A stretch of 64,000 nt of DNA, taken from contig NC_134033.1 in NCBI RefSeq assembly GCF_964204645.1, forward strand, positions 15,322,655 to 15,386,654, written 5' to 3'. Position numbers and translations under genes: made by a program. Of the stretch, positions 23,091 to 36,060 are shown one piece after another. Under the pieces are notes generated by a model. It saw only the letters and a program-made list of their open reading frames with translations, ran no database searches and was not told where the DNA came from. Source of the DNA: Tubulanus polymorphus (Eukaryota; Animalia; Nemertea). The first letter of the stretch is position 1, and each line of letters starts with the position of its first letter.

Positions 23091-26036
23091 TTTATTCAAA
23101 CATCTATAGCCGACGATATCCATTCAAAAATTCAGCTCAATTATCAGGCGATAAAGGGTCTAATTTCAGCCCTTAACGTGTAGAAAATCTCAAATTTCAT
23201 TTCGATAAGGGTAATCTTAAATTCTGCTGCATATGGCGTGACAAGCGCCGAGGCCTGTCATGCCATATCGGGGCCTGACACGCCATGTGGTGATCATATA
23301 ATGAAAATCGATTGCTATGCAGGAAATGGAATGTCGACTACGTACATTGAATGCCGCTTTACTTTCAAACTTGAAACATTGGATTAGATATTCGCTTGTC
23401 ATAGATGATTTACTATCTACGCAATAAGAATACATATCATATATTACAGGAAATTGATTTTGAAATATGCAGCTTAGTAAAGCTTACGCAGTCTGTAAGT
23501 GAAGTGAATAATTTTTGGATTTGAACAGAAAAAACTTCCCGCCCTCGTCTCCCTGGAAAATATATACGAGTTTATTTCCACTTATTTATTTCAAAAAAAA
23601 ATCTCATAACCAAAAAATTCGCCCGCCCTCGTCATGTCTATCTATCAGTCTATAGAGAGGTTTGATTAAGAAACAAAGTATCAACTTTGATAGGGCCTAA
23701 TGTACTCCTGGTCGAATCGAGGCGGCAGCTAAATTCGGGAATCGCTGTTAAAGAATCAAGTGATTTATTTTATGGCCTTAGTTATACAAAAGTTCCACGA
23801 TATTAAGATAAAATCCCACTATTTACAGATTAAAAGAATTTAAAAACAAGAATTTATTTATTAAATCTAAAATATTTAAAAGACACGACGTTTCGATCTC
23901 ACCCTAAGCTCCTTCCTCCACCAGGTATAAGAGAGGTATAGCTAGGAGTAACATGATATAAAGGAATGATAATAATGGCCAGCAATAATTTTGAACGTTT
24001 TAATTTTGTTTATAGCTGTTTTTAACTTCTTTCATTGTCATCCATATCATAAGGTTGAGTGGCTTTCATACTAATGATCACTTAACTTCAAATCGGGGTG
24101 TTTTATAATAAACGATTGTTTAAGTGCAGCAGTGAATTTGTAGCACTTTTTAAAAGTGAGCCCATAATTTCACCAGTAAAAAAATTCCTGATGATGTAGA
24201 TAGTAATAAATAGTACAAAATACATAGAACATAATAAAGAAAAATAAATAAAAAAACAATACAAAAAAATACATAACAAAATAAATAATATTTAAAGAAA
24301 AACTAATTAAATCATAAGTAATAAAAATTAACAAAACCAACAAACAATTATTAAATATTCTATATAGGGCCTTCATCATCAGGAATTTTTCTAATCAACT
24401 TAATCTAATTATTAAAGGTTCTTCTTTCATAGAACAACCTTCTCCGTGTTTCCCAACCTCTTGAGATCTTTTCTGTTGTTGTTTTAAGTGTTCTATCGGA
24501 TCAGTAATAAACAAAACAAATAACCATAAACCTTAACTAAATCAAACACACTAAAAAATAACTGATTCGATAGAATGCTTCGAATAGCTGATGAAAGATC
24601 ACGCGTCCTTTTACCTATATATCACACCCCATCACTGCTGTAACTGTTAATTGTTTTAGGGATAATATCTGGGAGATACATTTTACTCTTTTTTAGAAAG
24701 AATGTTAAACAGCTATAAACGTGATTAGTTATCGATAGTAAAATTATTGTCGTGTTTTTCAAATAACTTTGTATTAAATGAGCGAACTGATAATGTTTGA
24801 AAATCTTTAGTTAAGACAAGGTGCAGCGAAAATTCTAGTTTTCTAGTAAAAATGATGTTAATGAAAATGAAATGAACGTTAAGTTAATACTAAGCTTTCC
24901 AGGATGACTTAGAAGCATTTCCGATCTCGAAAAAGTTGTAGATAATTGTAGATATCTCAGCGATCAGTTATTTGTAATTTACCTAGCTGTATTCAAATGG
25001 ATAGTTGAACAATATCTATATGATTATACTCAATATTAATTCCTTCAAAATACTTTGTATTAAGCGTAACAATGTTGAGAAAATAACGTTGATAATGTTA
25101 GAAAATCTCAGGCAAAGTTGGAAAAACTCTACTTAGCTTGTAAAATAATCTTAATGAAAATGAAAATAAATATTGATTAGTTAATCTCAAGCTTTCCAGA
25201 GTGAATCTGCAGGTTTTATCTCTAGTTATAATGCTTTTATGTTTTTCGAATACAAAGCAAAGTTTGCAAAATTTCGGTTTTCTTGTAAAAATGATGTTAA
25301 TGAAATGAAATTAGAGAATGATTATTTGAGTGAATTTGTGGTTTTATGTCCAGTTTTAATGTTTATGTGTTGGAGATATGGTATGCAGTTGTTTGTGTAA
25401 ACAAGAGTATCCTAAATCTCTCTTACATTGTCATTTGCTGAATAGTTGATATGATTGAATGCTTCATATTTCATGAAATAGCCAAGTGTCACTTATGCCT
25501 GGTGACTTCATGAATTGTCAAATTAATAGTCATTCAGACTATAGTCTCAATTGTCGGTTTTTGGATCAAAGTTACAATTCTTTGTTATTTTCCTATTAAT
25601 TCAAATTGAAATCAATTCACTATGAATCATTTGCAGTGGAACTGTTTTTGGTGAATAAAACCTTGAAATACTTTGCATGATGTAGTAGTATATGTGATAT
25701 TAAAAGTTAGTAATTTTATACTGTTGATAATCTAAGTCATCATAGGACTAAAAATGATTGTTTTTCCTGATCGACCGGGTCATTTCATAAAATCAATGAA
25801 ATTTGTAATCAGTTCATTTCTATCTGCCGGGTCTGTTATGGTTAGCTTGATCATGATTTTTTTTTAAAGTAATGAAGGCCTAAGGTAGATAGGTAAACGA
25901 CTCATTAAATCTTACGCTTTCCAGGGTATTCGGCCAGGTTTATCTCTGGTTTTAGTGCGGGGAGCCATGCACTCTCACAGTTTAGAGTCCATGGTTGTGT
26001 GCTATAGACGTTTCTCTTTTAGAGTCTATGCTTGGA

Positions 26037-26079
26037 CCATGGACGTATAAACTCTAGTTTATAGTTTATACGTCCATGG
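26037..26079. repeat. Short palindrome
   Basis: ccatggacgtataaact...agtttatacgtccatgg. Confidence 0.7.
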
Positions 26080-27550
26080 TTGGATTGTTTTTGAAATACA
26101 GTCCACGTGTTTGAGGAACTTGCATTATAATCCCTCGAGCACAAACCTGGCATTTTGTATAATTGTTGTATGAGATTAAATATGATTGTTTGCTATTCTT
26201 TATTTGTTGAGTTGATTAGCTACTCTGAACTTTGTTAGTCCACCAGTCAGTGGTTTTTTTTATTATCTTGCAATCCACCTCTTTTTTCAACTCAATATTT
26301 CCACCAGCATTGTCCGGAGACGAGGATGTCCGGAAAACATGACAATGCGAATTATATCATTGGCAATACAGCTTACAACTTTAAACCGGACACACCGACA
26401 CTTGTTGACCGGTTAGAAGCGAGTGTTGATCTGCCGCAGAGTAATTACGAAATTAGCAATCTTTTTGATTGTCACTTAAGCCATCAGGGGCGGATCCAAA
26501 CCGTATTAGCCGTATTGCCCAATACGGTCTAAAATTTAAAGTCCCCTTCAAAATTCCTCGGCAATATTTTTTGATGGCTTCACCACCCGCTAATTTGATT
26601 TGTCCACTGATGATCTGTGACTTCAAATTCTATGAATCAAAGTTAAAAGAAAATGCATAAAATGTTATATTATTTGTATGTTAGTTATATTAATATTGTA
26701 TGTTAATTATATGTATATATTGTTGCGCATTTTGTGCGGTTTCTTTTTAGGAACACGAACAAGTGTCTACTACGTCCGTTGCAGATATGATTCAAATGCC
26801 TCTGCAAAATATGGGCCGACCCCTTCAGAGGTTCGAATCTTCCAGACGAATGGGTACGAACGTTTGACGGGTTAGGATGGCACCCTCTAGCCACCCAGTT
26901 CCACAGTTCTGAATTAAGATTTGACTCGGAGTTAACTGATTGAAAATGAACTGATTTTCGCTCAGCTGGATCCTGTAGAAACATGTCTTCCTGACTTACA
27001 GTAAAGGTTCATAGAAAACACGAACTTATTTTTATGATGAGATCATTTTCATTCCATTTCGAGCTTATATACTCAATTAAACAAAATTCGGTGCATTAAA
27101 GAAATGGATCAAACATTGGATCGGAGTTAGTTAGGACAACACCTGCTAAGCAACTGCGAACAACAGCCGACCTTTGGTCCACCAATCACCCAAAGGGTCC
27201 CCTTCAGTCCATAACAGTCGCATGAAATTCCTCTCCTTTTAACCTCAACTTCTGCAACGACAATGGATAATTCTGGACTTAGTTTTCTTTAATGTTACTT
27301 GCTTTATCTTACTTTAGTTCGATAAACTCAGGTTATTTACAAATGACAATTAGAGCGTAATGAATACATTTACAAGGAAAAAGTTGAAAATGGTACAATA
27401 TATATACAGATGATAATTACAGATGGTCGAAGCATTAAGCGAATGTTTTCGTAACAGTTGATGCAAACGTATGCACAAATCTTTTGATACATTTTCATTT
27501 TTTGCTGCATCAGAGCTCTGAATTTGAAAGGATTTGGATCGGCCAAGTAA

Positions 27551-27774
27551 GGCTAAACAAAAATGATACCTTGTTTCTCCGCAGCGGCCGGGTCATTTTA
27601 GTAAAATATGATAAAATTTGTAAACAGTTCATTTCTATAGCGGCCGGGTCTGTTTGTTATGGTAAAATTGATCACGATTTTAAAAAAAGTAATGTATAGG
27701 GTAGATAGGCGGCCGGCCGGGTCAACATTTAAGCTCAGCAGAGCGGAGAAACAAGGTATCAATTTTTTTAGCCT
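27551..27774. mobile_element. Harbinger-like MITE (GGCTAAA...gataccttgtttctccg TIR)
   Basis: Long TIRs with TAA-like flanks. Further copies lie at about 25745-25885, 45330-45535 and 45555-45862. Confidence 0.75.
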
Positions 27775-28427
27775 AATATCGGGGAATTATTAGTTCGTAT
27801 ATCGTTTTGAATTCAAAACAGCTAGTAGAAATCAACTTCAGTTAACTGTTTATGGTTTCCCCAACAAATCCTGAATACACGTTAGATCAAGGTGAAACGA
27901 CTGTAACTAGTACTGAATTCAAGTTAAAGGAATGCATTGAACAAAAAAAAATTACCTTCTGCGGTGATGGCTCCAATGACCATAAACAAGGCCAATGCGA
28001 CGAACAGAGTCTTGTACATATTCTGAAAGTACGAGTTCGATAATTCATCTTATTTCCCAATTAAATACTTGGCCAGATCTATGAACTGATCAATATCTTT
28101 ATTTGTCTAGCGCGATGAAAATTTAAGCCATCCAATAGAAACATGATTTAGAAACGAAAAGTTGAAATATCTGCGTATGATAATGTAACGATTACGAATG
28201 ATTGAATGATCAGATCGCCACCAATCAGATTCGCTAGAAGTCGCAATAGTTTTAATTTGAACCTGGAATGGACGGCCTTTGTACGAATCCGCAGTTTTAT
28301 GAAACCCTCTAAAAGCAGGCAAGCAGTCGACATCGTTACGCTGCCTTGTCCGAATCCATGTCATCGAAAACTCATCCACCATTAGGCGCGATGTTCTTGA
28401 CTACCACCTTTACTACTTAAATCACTA

Positions 28428-28695
28428 GTCTACCGACCCGTATACTGCCCGCCGGAGCCTTCCTACCCGTATACTACCCGCCGGAGTCTACCGACCCGTA
28501 TACTACCCGCCGGAGCCTTCCTACCCGTATACTACCCGCCGGAGCCTACCTACCCGTATACTACCCGCCGGAGTCTACCGAGCCGTATACTACCCGCCGG
28601 AGCCTACCTACCCGTATACTACCCGCCGGAGTCTACCAACCCGTATACTACCTGCCGGAGCCTACCTACCCGTATACTGCCCGCCGGAGCCTGCC
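28428..28695. repeat. 29-bp GC-rich minisatellite, about 9 copies
   Basis: Unit cccgtatactacccgccggag followed by cctaccta, tctaccga or ccttccta. Confidence 0.92.
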
Positions 28696-30501
28696 ACTTA
28701 CCTCCGATTTCGTGAACGTGTTGTTAATGAGATTTACATCAAATGACTAAAGGATGGAATTAACTGTTACGTATATAGCGTGGGAAACTGATAGTTTTCA
28801 CGTCGACAGCTTAGAATTAATTCGGTTTTCGCAATAAATCATCGGCATTCGTATAAATCCTGTTGAGGATTAATACACACGTGGAACTTAGTAAAAAGTG
28901 TTCATGGAACAACAGATTTCGTCGTCATAATTTTCATGAAGCCTTGGTTTGATGAGGGCGGAGGGTCGATCGAGGGACGTATAGGGAATTCCGAGTTTTT
29001 CTTGGTTTATCGTCTACGATGTATTCGTCTAATTTGGTATTTCACACGTCAGGTTCAGTAACTGCTATTGTCATTATCATCTGCCGTCCCCCGGTTAGAT
29101 AATATCAATCATAAATAATGAGTTTATGGTAGATTATCCAGACACTAATCTCCAGCTCAAAGTTCTGAATAAGCTGTTTGCCAGACAGTAACAGTTGTTC
29201 TAAATACTCATACGGCATAATTCACAATCATTTTAAGGTTTTATAAGCCTATAATGGGAGCGATTTTCTAAAGGTTGCGAGTACCTTTTATGAAGATTTC
29301 TAGAACTAGTACTGGCCAGTAAAATTAATTCAATGTTTTACTCTTGTAACGTGGGACCTCTGTGGAGGTTGGGAGGGGTTTAGTGCTAAGAGGTCTCTTC
29401 ATTTTAAAGTCCATGTTGTTTAGGGGCCAGTTTCTTACAAGCCTCGGCTTTTTACTGCTCCCTCCTCTCTATTTCTGTTATATATACTGTGAAATATATC
29501 CATTCATTTATTCATTTATTTATTCACTTATATTGAAACATCTATTCATGTATATCTGTGTATTACCGGTAATAATGATGTTGCATTATATGTAACTGAA
29601 ATTGTAAAGGAAAATAAAGATGATGATGATATGAAAAAAAAACACCAGAGTTCGCACTTGTGATATCAGACGCCTTAAAGGAAAAAAAGGAAATGAAGAA
29701 ATATACGTGTAGAAAAGCATTATGTTTATAACATGATCAATCACGAATTAACCTTACACGACAAATAATTAAAAAGTCTAAAAGTTAAAGGTGTCTTGTT
29801 CGATTTTTGAAACTGAACATTTAAAGTAAAAGGAGTTTTGTCATAGAATCGTTTAAACTATTCCAAATATTTGGTTCTTGCTTTTAAAGACAACCGTTGT
29901 AAATTTGATTTGAATGATTCAAGGCAGATGTTGTTACTGTTGTTCCTTGGTGTTATATCGAATACCAATCGATATAATAAAAAACTATTGAACATGTCAG
30001 GTAACTCGTTATTCACCTATTGTTATGAACCATTATTGAAATTTCATTTCGTGAAATTTTATTGGTTAGACAGTAAAAAGAGCAATATATTGTTGAATAT
30101 CTATACACTCGTGGAACGCGCATAATATCGGCCGTCAAGCTTAAGTAAAAGGTCACGGGTGTCGGCCAATATGACGCATGTGAACTAAACTTTTCAACGT
30201 TTGTGCAATACCCCCAGTAGCCAGTCTGGGTAATGTAAAACATTTGAAGCCATTGCTTCTACTTGCATGAGATTCGTCGACGTTAATAGCTTGCCCTTCG
30301 AAAATTTCATTTCAATTTTATTCGGCAGACAGTAAAGAGGTAACATATTGAACGCTCTACCTGAACAACCATTTAATTCAAATGGTTGTCTATCATATGA
30401 AAAGAAATATTTAATGTCTTATTATCGTACGTTTGATGATGTCAGTTACAAAAACTATTACGTGGTATCTTGCATCAATTCGCCATGTATTAAAGTATTG
30501 T

Positions 30502-30815
30502 TATAAGTGAAGTCGCGACAGTACGACTAAGGATACGGATACAGTCGTTCAAGTAAAGCAATATTATTTACTAGTTTTCGACATGGATGCGTGCAAATTC
30601 CGTGGACGTCAGAATCGTTTCTTTAGTATCAGCATTCGTTTAAAATCAGTCTTCCAGTGGTCACCATCTATGTTAAGTAGAATATCGTATTATAAGTGAG
30701 GTTGCGACACTGCGACTAAGGATAAAGATACGGATAGTCGTCCAAGCGAAGCAATATCATTTACTAGTTTTCGACATATGTAAATTCCCTGGACGTCAGA
30801 GTTTTTCAGCATTCG
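30502..30815. repeat. Diverged tandem duplication (about 190-bp period) upstream of the first GPCR
   Basis: tataagtga.gt.gcgaca.t.cgactaaggata...agcaatat.atttactagttttcgacat...aaattcc.tggacgtcaga occurs twice. Confidence 0.75.
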
Positions 30816-31188
30816 TAGAGCGATGTTCATAATGCTTCGAAACGGTAAGTAAACTCGTTGCCGAAATAAGTACTAGTGGCCCAAACGTCCTCACAGCCAT
30901 TTTGGTGTCGACGCCTATGTCTGGAGAAACGTCGCCTGTCTGGAAAAGCCGACGCTTTCAACGCTTACATAATAGTTTAAAAAAAGTTTTCTAGAAATTC
31001 ATTTATATATTTTAGTAAAACATTTCCGAGAACGAGACGATTTATTACCGAACGATCTACGTGTATTTACCTGAGACCTGTTTGTATAGGCCGCTGAGTT
31101 ATTGTGCGAAGTAGCCGTTTTACTATAATATGTATAGCCGTCTAAACTTTCAAAGGTACCGCGGACAAAAGCTGCGCTGGAAGGTGCA

Positions 31189-32232
31189 ATGACGGATTTT
31201 TATAACGGTACCACACTGGAATATATCAACGATTATTACGATGTTGGAAAAAACCGGGATTCGACGACGAATTCTACTGTCTTCATTACTGTGTTCACTG
31301 CGATGTGTTACGCGCAAGGACTAATCGGGAATATACTGATGATGATCGTGTTCGTCAAATGCCGACGCGCGGCCGCTTACTACGATTTCGTCGATTACCT
31401 ATTCCCGTTGTCTTTCGCCAATGTGGTTTCAATCGTTTTCGTAGCAATCCTCAGATGGCTGCGCGTCGACTTGCAACACGTGATCGCTTTCCTGTCCGAG
31501 CCGAACAGCTGCCGACAGACGACATTCGTCGGGTTCGCGGCGTCGTTTTTGGCGTCGTGGACCGTCGTTTTGTTCACCGTCGAGTCGTGCGTTCGAATTC
31601 GCGCCGGAACAACGCCTCGTTGGATAAGCAGAAGATGTCGAATCGTAAGCTTGCTTTCATGCGTGTTCGTCGGCATGGTGCTGATGATACCGACACGATA
31701 CGTTTACGACGATGTCGACCGATACGGTATTCTCGTTCCGTGCCACCAGTTTCCAGACCCGCCGATTAAGTCGATGACGGCAAATCGCGGGCCCCTTTTC
31801 GTTCACGTGATCGTCTATTGTCTGCCGGTCATTATCGTTTGCGTGGGAATTGTCGTCGTCATAGCAACAATTTGCGTAAGGGACGATTCGAGAGTGATTG
31901 TGTTTCAATGGACGCACCCGGAAGCTAGCCCGTCAGACGCTTACGCCCGTCAAAAATACGTTGCCGTTCGGTTCTTACCGATATCAATGCTGTTTGTTAT
32001 CTTGACGGTGCCGATGGTTGTGTTCAGCTTTTGGCAACAAGTGGTTCCGGAGAGAACTCATCGCATGGTCAACATTGAGAACATTCTTTTCCGACTATTG
32101 TTTCTCAATAGTTGTTTCAGTTACGTCGCCTATCTGTTTTCTATGGACTGGTTACGGCGGGAAATTCGCGACATCGTCTGCAAATCTACGGTTTATACTT
32201 ACGACGAAGGCGTCGAGGTGACGCAGGTTTGA
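31189..32232 (+). CDS. Intronless class A (rhodopsin-like) GPCR, divergent, 347 aa
   Basis: Seven hydrophobic segments and N-terminal N-glycosylation sequons (NGT, NST). TM1 GLIGN, TM2 LSFAN, TM3 Cys...ASWTVVLFTVESC (DRY replaced by ESC), TM5 YCLP, TM6 LTVP, TM7 NSCFSYVAY, helix 8 LRREI. Confidence 0.88.
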   Translation: MTDFYNGTTLEYINDYYDVGKNRDSTTNSTVFITVFTAMCYAQGLIGNILMMIVFVKCRRAAAYYDFVDYLFPLSFANVVSIVFVAILRWLRVDLQHVIAFLSEPNSCRQTTFVGFAASFLASWTVVLFTVESCVRIRAGTTPRWISRRCRIVSLLSCVFVGMVLMIPTRYVYDDVDRYGILVPCHQFPDPPIKSMTANRGPLFVHVIVYCLPVIIVCVGIVVVIATICVRDDSRVIVFQWTHPEASPSDAYARQKYVAVRFLPISMLFVILTVPMVVFSFWQQVVPERTHRMVNIENILFRLLFLNSCFSYVAYLFSMDWLRREIRDIVCKSTVYTYDEGVEVTQV

Positions 32233-33005
32233 ATGAAACTTTCTCGACCATACTATCGTCTAGAATTTGTGCGATGGGTTTGGATGACGTAATAGAGATG
32301 ATTGCACGCCTCTAGCTTTGTCTAGCTTCACAATTACAACTTCAGAAATTGTAATTGTGATTTTGATGCTTCGTGTCCATTCATTGTGTGTAGTCATATA
32401 TGATATTACGAATAAATTACTGCTAATGATTTTGAAAAGTGTTCGGATTCTTTTCCATGAACACGAATCAATGTCTACCTACCCTGCAAGATTTCGCAAT
32501 ATACAGACTGGGCTCAACCCTTCAGAAGTTCGACTCTTCCGGACAATTGGGCCGAGGAAGGATGGCGACCTCTAGCCACCACAGGGCCCGGTTCGACAGT
32601 TGTGAGTTAGAGTTAACTCTTGAGTTAAAATCAGTTCATTTTCAATGTTTCAACTCTAGAGTCAAATTTAACTCGCAACTGTGGAACTGGGTCCTGTAGT
32701 TTATAATGTCTTCCTGAGCCTAATAGAGCTACTATTTCTAGGAGGCAACTGCCTACTGCTAAATACGACCCCGTGAATACTGTAGGTTAACGCCAATGAT
32801 TAATACCAGTAATCAGCACGACCTCTGAGTGAGAAAATCATTACATATCAAGTTATCGATGAGGAAAACATACTCTGGATGAGATGTAAATTACACCTTT
32901 TCCCATTCAAAAAAAAACTTTTTGTGAGATCAACTTCCATATTTTCGCTACGAAACCGATAATTGAAATGGAATCCGACTTCGATTTCTTTTACCCAAAT
33001 ATTTT

Positions 33006-34154
33006 ATGATCCGAGCCAATGAAATATATAATATACCGGTTTACGAACAGCGAAATACAATCATGAGTTCGTCTATGAGATACGGGAATGAATCGACCAG
33101 CAGCACAGCGCAGCTACTGGAGGTAGATTGCGCGTACAGCACCGATGGATTCTTCATGGCTATCGTTCGACTCACCGGTGGAACTGTAATAACTTTGATG
33201 GGAATTATTTTGAACATTTTCAATATCATAATATTGCGAAAGCAACCTGTGATTTCTATATCGATCCAATTAATCATATACCTCGCCTACACAGATATCG
33301 TGTTTTTAATATGCCGCGGTATCCGCGAACCGCTGCGATACTGGGTCGGCTGGGCGGTCGAGGGAGACTTCATCTTCCGACAGAAGGTCCGCCTGTATCC
33401 GCAATACCGGCATATACCGGAAATCCATTATGTGCAACCGGATATATATTTGTCGATTAATTTTCTACGCTACGCGACGCATGTGTCGCGTAACTGGCTG
33501 ACCGTTCTAATCAGTGTCGAGAGATTCTTATCACTCGCGTTCCCGTTTTACGCGCGCGCCAAAATAACTAAACGACGAGTCTTATGCGCGCATATTTTAA
33601 CGTCTATGATCATATCGTCTGTTTATCTGCCGCATATTTACGGTCTGGCCCATTACACCGATGTCACTGGTTATGATACGTGTAACGGTCGACCCGTTAG
33701 AGGAATGTTACATACGTTTAATATTTGGGATCGATGGCTATCGATTAGTTACACGTATTTGAATCCGGCGATCAAAGAAGTTTTACCTTTCACCATTATC
33801 GCCATTTTGAATATCTACATCGTCGGAAAAGTTCGCCGAATTTCGCGAAATCAGAAAAAAATGACGGCGAAAGAAAATGAATTCGTAGATTCTATGAAGG
33901 CCGTCCGTTTGACTGTAGCCATTTCAGTTGTATTTTTGGTATTTGAACTGCCCAGTTCGTTTCAAAGTTATCAAAAATTTATCGGACTTTTCGTCGATAT
34001 ACCGAAAATACGTTATCACGGACCGACGAAAAATGTTCAGAGATTTTTCGCCGAGTTGTTTCCGATCGCGGACTCGTCGGCGAATTTTGTTATTTATTGT
34101 TTGGTGAACAAACAGTTTAGACAAACGGCAAAAAAACTACTGAATAGACGATAG
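33006..34154 (+). CDS. Intronless class A GPCR, FMRFamide/peptide-receptor-like, 382 aa (true start may be Met at 33063)
   Basis: Motifs GIILN (TM1), YLAYTD (TM2), RNWLTVLISVERF...P (TM3/ICL2), LPF..I..LN (TM5), FLVFELP (TM6) and DSSANFVIYCLVNKQFR (TM7/H8). Confidence 0.93.
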   Translation: MIRANEIYNIPVYEQRNTIMSSSMRYGNESTSSTAQLLEVDCAYSTDGFFMAIVRLTGGTVITLMGIILNIFNIIILRKQPVISISIQLIIYLAYTDIVFLICRGIREPLRYWVGWAVEGDFIFRQKVRLYPQYRHIPEIHYVQPDIYLSINFLRYATHVSRNWLTVLISVERFLSLAFPFYARAKITKRRVLCAHILTSMIISSVYLPHIYGLAHYTDVTGYDTCNGRPVRGMLHTFNIWDRWLSISYTYLNPAIKEVLPFTIIAILNIYIVGKVRRISRNQKKMTAKENEFVDSMKAVRLTVAISVVFLVFELPSSFQSYQKFIGLFVDIPKIRYHGPTKNVQRFFAELFPIADSSANFVIYCLVNKQFRQTAKKLLNRR

Positions 34155-34440
34155 GTGGGGGGGGGGTGTGAATGAAAAATAGATCGTAATTCAACTATGA
34201 AAAAATGACCGAGGAAAATTAAATGATCCATTAAAATGCACAGGTCCCAGTTCCACAGTTGTGAGTTAGAGTTAGTTCATTTTCAATGAGTTAACTCAAG
34301 AGTTAAATCAACTATGAAAAAATGGCCAAGGAAAATTAAATCATCCATCGGCTGGAAATTCACTTTATTCGTATACGAAGGTGACCCACTAGTTAAGCGG
34401 AATGAATCGATTCATTTCCATTTTCCCGACAAATACGTGT

Positions 34441-35541
34441 TTATCTTGAATCACACAGATAACTGATCAGTAAGACTTGTTTGGCTTTTTTTCTAAAGGT
34501 TTCATTCGTTGCGCAATAAACAAAGAAATTTACGGACGAGTCGAAAACGCTGAGCAGAATTCCTACTTTGCGGATGACCATTCGTTCATCTTCAGATAAA
34601 CTATTACTTATTCCAAACGCTCTATGGAAGTAATGTAAAAATCGATCTAAAGATGCCGGGATTTCAAATATAAAATACATCAATACAATCAAGAGAACCA
34701 TTTTTAATATTTTCAATTCAGCGGATGTATTTTGAGTTTTCTCACTGGTCGTCGCTGCGTCCGCGTGAAATTGTTTCTTCCGATTTCGTTTTCTAAATAT
34801 CATGACTCCAAACAAAGTTATATTTAACGCTACTAAGACGTTAAACGGGACAAGTACACACATGAACATATAGGTCCTAAAAGTGAAGTCATACGCGTAA
34901 GTGAACTGATAATTAAACGGAGTTTTAGTTTTTTTGGCTCCAAACGCTCCCATTGTGAATAATCCCTGAACACAAGGATCCGTAGTCCTTCCGGGTAGAT
35001 AACGTGGAAAATAATGCGGCCAGTAACAAACTGCAGAAAACAATGCGTTGAAAACCGATAGAGAAATAATTTGTTTTCTGTTCCAGAATCGTCTAAAATA
35101 CAGCGGACTCACGACAACCAGGAGTCTTTCAAAACTTAATATCACAACGGCCCAATTTCTGGCCGTTTGAAATGTATAGAATAATGGTAGCGCCCATATT
35201 ATAATTTCGTGTCCAAAAAACCAATCATCGTAACGACTGAGAAGATTATAGGAGCTGACATCGATAATGATAAGACGAAATGGATAAAGCAGAAACACTG
35301 ATAGTAGAAACAATAAATCAAACCAGGCAAGAATTATTATAGTTTGATAAGTGGAGCGACCGATCTTTCTGAATATAAAAATAGAAACAGAGTTCAGAAT
35401 GATGCCCAAAAGTGAAGCCGATGAATATCCGAAACGATAAATGTTGACACTAAACACGTAATCCCATCGAGCTGGTGGATAAACACATTTAGGAGACTCG
35501 GTCGTTGTCATCGTGGACGTGAGTTTTGATGTAAAGTTCAT
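34441..35541 (-). CDS. Intronless class A GPCR, FMRFamide/peptide-receptor-like, 366 aa
   Basis: Motifs GIILN, LAWFD, RNWAVVILSFERL..VSP, VPF..L..LN, YFIFEIP and DSSVNFFVYCATNETFR. It is a clear paralog of 33006-34154 in tail-to-tail orientation. Confidence 0.93.
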   Translation of the reverse strand: MNFTSKLTSTMTTTESPKCVYPPARWDYVFSVNIYRFGYSSASLLGIILNSVSIFIFRKIGRSTYQTIIILAWFDLLFLLSVFLLYPFRLIIIDVSSYNLLSRYDDWFFGHEIIIWALPLFYTFQTARNWAVVILSFERLLVVVSPLYFRRFWNRKQIISLSVFNALFSAVCYWPHYFPRYLPGRTTDPCVQGLFTMGAFGAKKTKTPFNYQFTYAYDFTFRTYMFMCVLVPFNVLVALNITLFGVMIFRKRNRKKQFHADAATTSEKTQNTSAELKILKMVLLIVLMYFIFEIPASLDRFLHYFHRAFGISNSLSEDERMVIRKVGILLSVFDSSVNFFVYCATNETFRKKAKQVLLISYLCDSR

Positions 35542-35719
35542 ATCTTAACAGCAGCACCAGCATCAGCACCAGCACCACCAGCATCAGCAACCGGCGAATA
35601 ACAAGAGATACTTCAGACCGCTATCAACTCTCTTCAATGGTGCAATTACGCATGTGATATGTAGTCTGTAATCACCCACACGACGTGGTAACGCACATCT
35701 ACATTACTGCAGGAAATTG

Positions 35720-36060
35720 CCATGAAAGGTATTTTCTGAAATATAGTATTTTATTCACTGCCTCCAATAGAATAGATTCGTAGATTTGAAAAAAAAATAG
35801 TAGAATAATTCTGTATTTGAGTCGCGCTATACCAGGGAACTAGTGGCGTTTCAATTGACGCAACGTCATCAGATGAACAAGAGTGACCAGAAGATCCGAC
35901 AGCAAAACGCGGGTGATCAATTACCACAACTCTGGTGGATATATCAACCGACATAACATTTGGCGGAACATTTTACTGATACAACAGTACTAAACGGAGT
36001 GGAATTCCTGAGCGAGTGGGTCCAGACTGCAGATCGATACCTCTGCGCAAATGCGACAAC
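35720..36060 (+). pseudogene. Possible highly decayed GPCR relic
   Basis: Colinear fragments GIF*NIVFYSL (TM1-like), KNSRIILYLSRAI (ICL1/TM2-like) and FLSEWVQTADRYLCA (TM3 DRY-like) occur with stops and frameshifts. Downstream similarity is not clear. Confidence 0.35.

Noticed and set aside
24170-24379. Hydrophobic 69-aa ORF suggesting a mitochondrial (NUMT) or membrane protein
   Set aside because: It is an artefact of T-rich low complexity with no recognisable mitochondrial motif.
31305-31917. Overlapping alternative-frame and antisense ORFs over the GPCRs and PEX1 exons
   Set aside because: They are shadow ORFs of CpG-rich coding sequence with no recognisable motifs.
35549-35590. CAG/CAC-type triplet run just upstream of the minus-strand GPCR as an N-terminal extension
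   Set aside because: An in-frame TAA at 35545-35547 precedes the ATG, so the run is in the UTR.
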